60,692 nucleotides of DNA from Actinomycetota bacterium (GTDB taxonomy: Bacteria > Actinomycetota > Actinomycetes > Actinomycetales > Microbacteriaceae). The stretch is taken from contig JBEAMR010000046.1 of the NCBI GenBank assembly GCA_041165845.1, forward strand, positions 1-60,692. The letters are read 5' to 3'. The notes beneath the pieces are model-generated. The model was not told the DNA's origin. It was given only the letters and a program-made list of their open reading frames with translations, and did not search any database. Positions within the stretch are counted from its first letter, which is position 1. Each line of letters opens with the position of its first letter. This document shows positions 53,363 to 60,692 of the stretch, one piece after another. Both the position numbers and the translations under genes were made by a program.

Positions 53363-54926
53363 TGAATCAACTACCCGCCCAGTTCTTGTTGTAGATTTTG
53401 GTGCTCAATACGCACAGCTAATCGCTAGACGTGTTCGTGAAGCTGGCGTCTATAGCGAGATTGTTCACCACAATGTGAGTGCGGCAGAGGTTAAGGCTAA
53501 GAATCCCTTGGCAATCATCCTCTCTGGTGGACCTTCGAGCGTTTATGAGCCGGGCTCACCTCAACTGGATAAGGGAATACTTGAACTAGGTGTTCCAGTA
53601 CTAGGAATTTGTTATGGGTTCCAGGTTCTGGCCCAAGCTCTGGGGGGTCGTGTTGATAAGACTGGCTTGCGTGAGTATGGAGCAACAGATCTAAAGGTAA
53701 CTGCAGAGGGAGAGATTCTTGCCGGTCAACCTGATGCTCAGATATGTTGGATGAGCCATGGTGACCAGGTCATGGTTGCCCCAGATGGCTTTGAAGTTCT
53801 AGCTAGCACTGCAACTACTCCGGTAGCAGCTTTTGCAAGCAGTGAGAAGAAGATTTATGGAGTGCAGTGGCACCCAGAGGTAAAGCATTCTCAGTTTGGT
53901 CAGAATGTTCTAGAGAACTTCCTGCACAACGCAGCTGGTATCCCGGCTGATTGGAATAGCGGCAATGTTATTGCTGACCAGGTAGCGAAGATCAAAGCTC
54001 AGGTAGGAGAAGACAGAGTTATCTGTGGTCTCTCCGGTGGTGTTGACTCTGCAGTTGCAGCAGCTCTTGTTCACAAGGCTGTGGGTGACCAGCTGGTTTG
54101 TATTTTCGTAAACCACGGTTTGATGCGCTCAGGTGAAGTTGAACAGGTTGAACGAGACTATGTTGCTGCCACCGGTATTCGATTAGTGACAGTAGATGCA
54201 GAAGAGAAGTTCCTAACTGCTCTTGCCGGAGTAACTGATCCTGAGACCAAGCGCAAGATTATTGGGAGAGAGTTCATTCGTTCATTCGAAGATGCTCAGG
54301 CTCAACTGATTGCAGAGTCCAAGGCAGATAACCGTCCAATCAAGTTCCTAGTTCAGGGAACCCTATATCCAGATGTTGTTGAATCTGGTGGAGGAGTCAC
54401 AGCAGGTATCAAGAGCCACCACAATGTTGGTGGATTACCTGATGACTTAGAGTTTGAACTTGTTGAACCTCTTAGAACCTTGTTCAAAGATGAGGTTAGA
54501 GCTATCGGTAAAGAACTGGGACTACCTCACGAGATTGTTGGTAGACAGCCATTCCCGGGCCCAGGTCTTGGTATTCGTATTGTTGGTGAGGTAACTAAGG
54601 AACGTCTAGATCTCCTTCGTCAGGCAGATGCCATTGTTCGTGCAGAACTAACCGCAGCTGGTCTTGATGGTGAAATCTGGCAGTGCCCAGTAGTGCTTCT
54701 AGCTGATGTTAGATCTGTTGGTGTGCAGGGCGATGGTAGGAGTTACGGCCACCCAATCGTGCTTAGACCTGTCTCAAGCGAAGATGCCATGACAGCTGAC
54801 TGGTCAAGACTTCCCTATGACCTACTTGCTAAAATCTCCAACCGTATTACCAACGAAGTCTCGGGTGTCAACCGAGTGGTGCTAGATGTTACTAGTAAGC
54901 CACCTGGCACCATTGAGTGGGAATAA
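53358..54926 (+). CDS. guaA: GMP synthase (glutamine-hydrolysing); start uncertain (ATT 53358 or ATG 53325)
   Basis: [42 protein letters not shown]. Confidence 0.97.
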   Translation: MSESTTRPVLVVDFGAQYAQLIARRVREAGVYSEIVHHNVSAAEVKAKNPLAIILSGGPSSVYEPGSPQLDKGILELGVPVLGICYGFQVLAQALGGRVDKTGLREYGATDLKVTAEGEILAGQPDAQICWMSHGDQVMVAPDGFEVLASTATTPVAAFASSEKKIYGVQWHPEVKHSQFGQNVLENFLHNAAGIPADWNSGNVIADQVAKIKAQVGEDRVICGLSGGVDSAVAAALVHKAVGDQLVCIFVNHGLMRSGEVEQVERDYVAATGIRLVTVDAEEKFLTALAGVTDPETKRKIIGREFIRSFEDAQAQLIAESKADNRPIKFLVQGTLYPDVVESGGGVTAGIKSHHNVGGLPDDLEFELVEPLRTLFKDEVRAIGKELGLPHEIVGRQPFPGPGLGIRIVGEVTKERLDLLRQADAIVRAELTAAGLDGEIWQCPVVLLADVRSVGVQGDGRSYGHPIVLRPVSSEDAMTADWSRLPYDLLAKISNRITNEVSGVNRVVLDVTSKPPGTIEWE

Positions 54927-54933
54927 GAAACTA

Positions 54934-55794
54934 ATGAGCGCACCTTTGGTTATCGCTCATCGAGGTGCTAGCGCATATCGACCAGAGAACACCCTAGAAG
55001 CTTTTGAATTAGGTATTCAACAAGGTGCCGATGGTATCGAATTCGATCTAGTGACAACCAAAGATCAAGAACTTGTAATTCGTCACGAGAACACCCTCAG
55101 AGAAACTACAAATGTTCAAAGAGTAGATAGTTTCACTAACAAAAGGCGTAACGGTGAATTACATAATTCACCAACTCTTGATTGGTTCTCAGAAGACTTC
55201 ACGCTTTCCGAACTCAAGCAACTAAGAGCAGTTGAAAGACTTCCTGAGCAAAGACCGAGTAGTGCTGTCTTTGATAATCAGTTTGAGATTCCAACTTTTA
55301 GGGAAATACTCGGAGCAAACTTTCTTGCTAAGAAACTTTTGGTTGTTGAACTAAAAAGCGGCTCACATCTAAACCACCTCACTAAGACCATCGGGGAGTT
55401 AGCTGCAGAAGAGATCAAGGCCTCTTCTGCTGACTTCGAATACTTCATTGAGTCCTTTGATCTAGAAGTATTACTAGATGCTAGAAAGTATCTTTCAGAT
55501 ACCTCAGCCAACTACCTACTCGCTTTGGAAGAGACATCCGTGGAAGATGTTGACCTTCAGTACTTGTCTCAAAACTTCCAGGGTCTAACCATTTCCCTGG
55601 AGATGCTCTTTGCTGAAGATTGGGTAAGCAGGTGCCACGAGATTGGGCTTCAAGTTTGGGCCTACACAGCTAGGGCTGAAGAGGCCACCACCAGCATTGA
55701 TGAGTATTACGAACGCATCATTGAGACTGGTGCGGACGCCATTTTTGCGGACCATCCAGACCTGCTTCGGCGTGTGCTGAGCGACCGAGGCTGA
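54934..55794 (+). CDS. Glycerophosphodiester phosphodiesterase family protein
   Basis: IAHRGAS..PENTLEAF, EFDLV.TKD..LVIRHE, GAD.IF.D.PD. Confidence 0.93.
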   Translation: MSAPLVIAHRGASAYRPENTLEAFELGIQQGADGIEFDLVTTKDQELVIRHENTLRETTNVQRVDSFTNKRRNGELHNSPTLDWFSEDFTLSELKQLRAVERLPEQRPSSAVFDNQFEIPTFREILGANFLAKKLLVVELKSGSHLNHLTKTIGELAAEEIKASSADFEYFIESFDLEVLLDARKYLSDTSANYLLALEETSVEDVDLQYLSQNFQGLTISLEMLFAEDWVSRCHEIGLQVWAYTARAEEATTSIDEYYERIIETGADAIFADHPDLLRRVLSDRG

Positions 55795-55827
55795 ACTGTC
55801 CCCGGTGCAACCTAAGATGGCTAAGTT

Positions 55828-58107
55828 ATGAACTACTTAGAACCCACTAACTCAGATGCTCTGCTGAAAGGGCTTAACCCTCAGCAGCGCGAGGCTGTCC
55901 TTTACCGAGGACCTGCTCTTCTGATTGTTGCTGGTGCAGGTTCAGGTAAGACTAGGGTGCTAACCCACCGAATTGCTCACTTATTGGGTAACAAAGAAGC
56001 GTGGCCCTCACAGATCCTGGCTATCACCTTTACTAATAAGGCAGCTAATGAAATGCGTGAGCGCATTAGACATCTGGTTGGCGATCCTGAGGGAATGTGG
56101 ATCAGAACCTTCCACTCTGCCTGTTTGCAAATCCTTCGAAGAGAAGCCGAGCGCTTAGGGCACAACTCAAACTTCACTGTTTATGACACTGGTGATACTA
56201 GAGCTCTAATCAAGAGACTCATCAAAGCCGGTGGCTATGACATCGACAACCTAAAGCCACAGACCGTGGCAGCTGTTATCTCTAAAGCTAAGAACGAACT
56301 ACAAACAGCAGAAGATTTTGCTTCAACTGTTGATTCGAAGAATCCGAAGTCAAACGCTATCGCTGAAATCTTCACAGCCTACGAACATGAGAAAAAGCGC
56401 AACAACGCTTTTGACTTTGATGACCTAATTGGTGAGACCGTCTTCCTACTAAGAGCATTCCCTGAGGTGGCCGCTAACTATCAGCGTAAATTCAGACACA
56501 TCCTGGTTGATGAGTATCAAGACACCAACCATGCACAGTATTCACTTATCCGAGAACTAACTAAGCCAATCCCAGCTTCTCAAGCTCAACCAGATCCAAA
56601 AACTGGTGAACTACTAGGTCCAGCTTCACTAACCGTTGTCGGTGACAGCGACCAGTCAATCTATGCCTTCCGTGGAGCAGACATCAGAAACATCTCTGAG
56701 TTCAGCAAAGACTTTGCTGGAGCTCATACCATCTTGCTTGAGCAAAACTACCGCTCCACTCAGAACATTCTTTCTGCGGCTAACGCTGTCATAGCTAAGA
56801 ACTTTGATCGCCCAGATAAGAACCTCTGGACTGATGCCGGTGCTGGTGAAAAGATCATCCAGTTCACAGCAGTTGATGAAAGACATGAAGCTGGTTTCAT
56901 TGTTGACCAGATTCAAGAACACCACGGAGAAGGTATTGCCTATAGCCAAATGGCTATCCTCTACAGGACCAACGCACTAACCCCGAGCATTGAAGCTGAA
57001 CTCAAGTCTCAAAGAGTTCCATATGCTGTCATCGGTGGTTTGAAGTTTTATGAGCGCAAAGAAATCAAGGATGCGCTTGCCTATCTGACTGCCATCTCTA
57101 ACGGTAGGAACGATGAGGCAGTTAGAAGAGTCTTGAATGAGCCAGGTCGAGGCATTGGTGAGAAGACAGAACTAAAGATTGCTCATTTAGCTAGAGCCAA
57201 CGAGATTAGTTTCAGAGAAGCACTTGGCTATTCTCAAGATCTCGGCCTTGGACCAAAACTTACTGAAGCTATCGCTAAGTTCTCTAAGTTGCTCAATGAC
57301 TTGGAGGCAATGGCTCAGACAGCGAAGATCAGCGATGTCTTGATTGAGGCTTTGGTTCGCTCCGGCTATCGATACAACCTAGAGATGAGTAGAGATCCTC
57401 AGGATGAGGCGAGAGTTGAAAACCTTGACGCTTTAGTTGGACAGGTCGTTGAGTATCAACTGCGCAATCAAGAAGCAACGCTTGCTGATTACCTGGCTGA
57501 GATTACTCTGGCAGCAGCTGCCGATGAGATAGATGATGGCTCAGGTCAGGTTTCTCTAATGACCCTGCACACCGCCAAAGGTCTTGAGTATCCGGTTGTC
57601 TTTATCGCAGGTCTTGAGCAAGGGACATTGCCTCACATGCGCTCTTTCGAAGAAGTCGGTGGCTTGGCTGAGGAACGAAGACTGTTCTACGTCGGGATAA
57701 CTAGAGCGATGAAGCAGTTGTATTTGACCTTGGCTCTGCAGAGAACTTTGTTTGGACAGATGAACTCAACTATGCCTTCGAACTTCCTGTTGGATATCCC
57801 AACCGAACTTGTTGATCAGCGTGGGGCTGAACGGGATAAACCGATGTATCAACCTAGATCTGTTGGTTCAGGTAACTATGATCGTCCTGTTCGGGAAAAG
57901 AAGGTTTGGAATAACGCCATCACCCAGGTAAGAAATAACGAGGGTCTGGTCTTGGCTGTTGGAGATAAGGTCAAGCACGATGATTTCGGTCTCGGGACTG
58001 TTCTAGCTACCACCGGTGAGGGTGCAAGACAGACTGCGGAAATTCGCTTTGAACGGGTGGGAACCAAACGATTAATGGTGCGAGTGGCACCTATCGAGAG
58101 GCTCTAA
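55828..58107 (+). CDS. pcrA: ATP-dependent DNA helicase PcrA/UvrD1
   Basis: AGAGSGKT, TFTNKAA, VDEYQDTN, QNYRST, TLHTAKGLE, EERRLFYVGITRA, C-terminal Tudor-like H..FG.G. Confidence 0.96.
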   Translation: MNYLEPTNSDALLKGLNPQQREAVLYRGPALLIVAGAGSGKTRVLTHRIAHLLGNKEAWPSQILAITFTNKAANEMRERIRHLVGDPEGMWIRTFHSACLQILRREAERLGHNSNFTVYDTGDTRALIKRLIKAGGYDIDNLKPQTVAAVISKAKNELQTAEDFASTVDSKNPKSNAIAEIFTAYEHEKKRNNAFDFDDLIGETVFLLRAFPEVAANYQRKFRHILVDEYQDTNHAQYSLIRELTKPIPASQAQPDPKTGELLGPASLTVVGDSDQSIYAFRGADIRNISEFSKDFAGAHTILLEQNYRSTQNILSAANAVIAKNFDRPDKNLWTDAGAGEKIIQFTAVDERHEAGFIVDQIQEHHGEGIAYSQMAILYRTNALTPSIEAELKSQRVPYAVIGGLKFYERKEIKDALAYLTAISNGRNDEAVRRVLNEPGRGIGEKTELKIAHLARANEISFREALGYSQDLGLGPKLTEAIAKFSKLLNDLEAMAQTAKISDVLIEALVRSGYRYNLEMSRDPQDEARVENLDALVGQVVEYQLRNQEATLADYLAEITLAAAADEIDDGSGQVSLMTLHTAKGLEYPVVFIAGLEQGTLPHMRSFEEVGGLAEERRLFYVGITRAMKQLYLTLALQRTLFGQMNSTMPSNFLLDIPTELVDQRGAERDKPMYQPRSVGSGNYDRPVREKKVWNNAITQVRNNEGLVLAVGDKVKHDDFGLGTVLATTGEGARQTAEIRFERVGTKRLMVRVAPIERL

Positions 58108-58158
58108 ACTTATCTCTGGTGCACGTTTAGTGCCCATCTTTTCTGATTGGAATCATAA

Positions 58159-59316
58159 GTGGATTTATTTGAATACCAAGCCCGCGACCTTTTTGAAGCC
58201 TATGGCGTACCGGTCCTAAAGGGCATCGTTGCGGACACCCCAGAAGAAGTTGAGGCTGCTGCAGCTGCTATCGGTGGAACTGTTGTTGTGAAGGCTCAAG
58301 TCAAAGCAGGTGGCCGCGGTAAGGCTGGTGGAGTCAAGGTGGCTCACACTCCAGCTGATGCTAAGGCTGTCTCAGTTGACATCTTGAACCTAACCATCAA
58401 GGGTCACAAGGTGAACCGGGTGATGGTAGCTCAGGGAGCTGCAATCGATAAGGAGTTTTACTTCTCAGTATTGCTAGATAGAAGCAACAGAACTTTCCTA
58501 TCTCTCTGCAGCGTTGAGGGCGGAATGGAGATTGAGCAGCTTGCCGAAGAACGTCCAGAAGCTCTTGCCAAGATTGCTATCGATGCAATCTCAGGTATTG
58601 ATCAAGCTAAGGCTCTAGAGATTGCTAAAGCTGGTGGCTTTGACGATGAGATCGCAGCCAAGGTTGCGCCAGTATTTGTAAAGCTTTATGAAGTATTCGT
58701 AAAAGAAGATGCCACCCTAGTTGAAGTCAACCCACTTATCTTGAGTAAAGATGGAGAGATCATCGCTCTAGATGGCAAGGTAAGCCTCGATGACAATGCT
58801 GAGTTCAGACACGAACGTGAAAGTCTTGAACGTGATGAACTAGACCCGCTTGAGGCTAAGGCTAAAGAATCTGATCTGAACTACGTGAAGCTTGATGGTT
58901 CAGTTGGAATCATCGGTAACGGTGCTGGTTTGGTTATGTCTACACTTGACGTTGTGGCTTACGCCGGTGAGCGTCACGGAGGAGTAAAGCCAGCTAACTT
59001 CCTAGATATCGGTGGTGGTGCTTCAGCTGAAGTGATGGCTGCAGGCCTTGATGTTATTCTCGGCGACCCTCAGGTGAAAAGCGTTTTCGTAAACGTCTTC
59101 GGTGGTATTACTGCCTGTGATGCAGTCGCTAACGGAATTGTTGGAGCACTTGCCAAGCTAGGCTCAGCTGCTACTAAGCCACTAGTTGTTCGCCTAGACG
59201 GCAACAATGTTGTTGAAGGTAGAAAGATTTTGGCTGATGCCAATCACCCACTAGTCACAGTTGTTGACACCATGGACGAAGCAGCTGACAAGGCTGCAGA
59301 ACTAGCTAACCGCTAA
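58159..59316 (+). CDS. sucC: Succinyl-CoA synthetase beta subunit
   Basis: [34 protein letters not shown]. Confidence 0.98.
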   Translation: MDLFEYQARDLFEAYGVPVLKGIVADTPEEVEAAAAAIGGTVVVKAQVKAGGRGKAGGVKVAHTPADAKAVSVDILNLTIKGHKVNRVMVAQGAAIDKEFYFSVLLDRSNRTFLSLCSVEGGMEIEQLAEERPEALAKIAIDAISGIDQAKALEIAKAGGFDDEIAAKVAPVFVKLYEVFVKEDATLVEVNPLILSKDGEIIALDGKVSLDDNAEFRHERESLERDELDPLEAKAKESDLNYVKLDGSVGIIGNGAGLVMSTLDVVAYAGERHGGVKPANFLDIGGGASAEVMAAGLDVILGDPQVKSVFVNVFGGITACDAVANGIVGALAKLGSAATKPLVVRLDGNNVVEGRKILADANHPLVTVVDTMDEAADKAAELANR

Positions 59317-59330
59317 AGAGAGATTTAAGA

Positions 59331-60218
59331 ATGTCAATTTTCCTAGATAAAAACAGCAAGATCATTGTTCAGGGTATGACTGGCTCTGAAGGTATGAAGC
59401 ACACCAAGCGCATGCTTGCCGGTGGTTCAAACATCGTTGGTGGTGTTAACCCTCGTAAAGCTGGTGAGACCGTTGATGTTGACGGCACTTCACTTCCAGT
59501 GTTTGGTTCTGTTGCAGATGCAATGGCAACAACCGGTGCAAACGTCTCAGTAATCTTCGTTCCACCTGCATTCGCTAAGTCAGCTGTAATCGAAGCTATC
59601 GATGCAGAGATCGAATTAGCAGTAGTTATTACCGAAGGTATTCCAGTGCACGACAGCGCTTCATTCTGGGCATACAGCAACTCAAAGGGCAACAAGACCA
59701 GAATCATTGGCCCTAACTGTCCAGGTATCATCAGCCCAGGAAAATCTAACGCTGGTATTACCCCTTGGAACATCTCAGGAGCCGGTCCTATCGGTCTAGT
59801 TTCTAAGTCAGGAACTCTGACCTACCAGATGATGTTTGAGCTACGTGAAATTGGTATCTCAACTGCTATCGGTATCGGTGGAGACCCAATCATTGGCACC
59901 ACTCACATCGACGCTCTAGCTGCTTTCGAAGCAGATCCTGAGACAAAGGCGATTGTTCTTATCGGTGAAATCGGTGGTGACTCTGAAGAGAAGGCTGCTG
60001 CCTATATCAAGGAGAACGTCACTAAGCCGGTAGTTGCCTATGTTGCAGGTTTCACTGCCCCTGAGGGTAAGACCATGGGTCACGCCGGTGCGATTGTTTC
60101 TGGATCGGCAGGAACTGCTCAGGCCAAGAAAGAAGCATTTGAGAAGGTTGGCGTGAAGGTGGGCAAAACACCTAGCGAAACTGCAGCACTAATGCGCGGT
60201 GTTATCGCTAGCCTGTAA
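59331..60218 (+). CDS. sucD: Succinyl-CoA synthetase alpha subunit
   Basis: [27 protein letters not shown]. Confidence 0.98.
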   Translation: MSIFLDKNSKIIVQGMTGSEGMKHTKRMLAGGSNIVGGVNPRKAGETVDVDGTSLPVFGSVADAMATTGANVSVIFVPPAFAKSAVIEAIDAEIELAVVITEGIPVHDSASFWAYSNSKGNKTRIIGPNCPGIISPGKSNAGITPWNISGAGPIGLVSKSGTLTYQMMFELREIGISTAIGIGGDPIIGTTHIDALAAFEADPETKAIVLIGEIGGDSEEKAAAYIKENVTKPVVAYVAGFTAPEGKTMGHAGAIVSGSAGTAQAKKEAFEKVGVKVGKTPSETAALMRGVIASL

Positions 60219-60221
60219 TTC

Positions 60222-60692
60222 ATGCGAATCAGGGCGTTTGGACAAGGGGCACTAGAGGCCTCCTTCGTCATTGCCTTAGGTTTTGTTTCTGTCTTCCTGT
60301 TGAACATAACCATTTGGTTGGTTGAACAAACTCAAGGCTCAAACTTCACAACCGTTCTGCAGACCTCTTCGCTGATTTGGCTAAACGCTCACGGTGTTCC
60401 AATTCATTTTGCTGCCAGCAAGCTAGGTAGTGTCAGCGTTCCTGAATACTCTTTCGATCTAATCCCACTCGGTTTTAGCATCCTGATTGGTTGGGCTATC
60501 TATCGTGCTGGTCGAAGACTAAGTAGTGACCAACACCTTGGTGCTAGTTGGTTTGGCGCCATCACAAGTTACGCAGCTCTTGCTTTTGCTGTTACCGGTG
60601 TTGCAAGTTCTAAGAAGATCTTTGTTGAGGATTGGCAAGCAATCTTTATCCCAACTGCACTTTTTGCATTTCTGCTAATTCTTGGTTCAGTA
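60222..60692 (+). CDS. DUF6350-family multi-pass membrane protein (3'-truncated; absent from the ORF track)
   Basis: Manual translation MRIRAFGQGALEA...WLNAHGVP...LIPLGF...AGRRL, open to the window end; usual position after sucD. Confidence 0.7.
   Translation, partial: MRIRAFGQGALEASFVIALGFVSVFLLNITIWLVEQTQGSNFTTVLQTSSLIWLNAHGVPIHFAASKLGSVSVPEYSFDLIPLGFSILIGWAIYRAGRRLSSDQHLGASWFGAITSYAALAFAVTGVASSKKIFVEDWQAIFIPTALFAFLLILGSV

Overview
Core-genome window of an actinobacterium of only moderate GC. Gene order (no rpsN in spc, no rpsD in the alpha operon, groES without groEL, guaB-guaB3-SURF1-DUF3817-guaA) and heavy CTA-Leu usage suggest a streamlined Microbacteriaceae, Rhodoluna/Aquiluna-like (inference). 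In order it holds: the 3' part of a giant acidic cadherin-like surface protein, rpoBC, the str, S10, spc and alpha operons, truA, rplM-rpsI, glmM, a secreted coiled-coil protein, coaA, glmS-acpS-alr-tsaE-tsaB-(rimI-tsaD fusion), a DUF4190 protein, a methyltransferase, CIRCE-groES, an amino-acid ABC transporter, the gua cluster, a GDPD, pcrA, sucCD and the start of a DUF6350 gene. I saw no tRNA, rRNA, CRISPR or mobile element. The main signal is a heavily remodelled RNA polymerase among ordinary ribosomal proteins. Beta' is 1577 aa, with a basic insert in the trigger loop and about 200 extra residues in the jaw, including an apparent copy of a beta-subunit SBHM domain. It also has an enlarged beta'i1 and substitutions in the F-loop and bridge helix; beta is altered in the link, fork loop 2 and core-recognition pocket. 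Secondary signals are an S8-site rRNA mimic before rpsH, a pseudoknot-capable rpsM leader, a putative disulfide-closed charge-zipper secreted hairpin, a start-codon VNTR and a likely AUU start for guaA. Comparisons with homologues are from memory of consensus sequences, not from run alignments.
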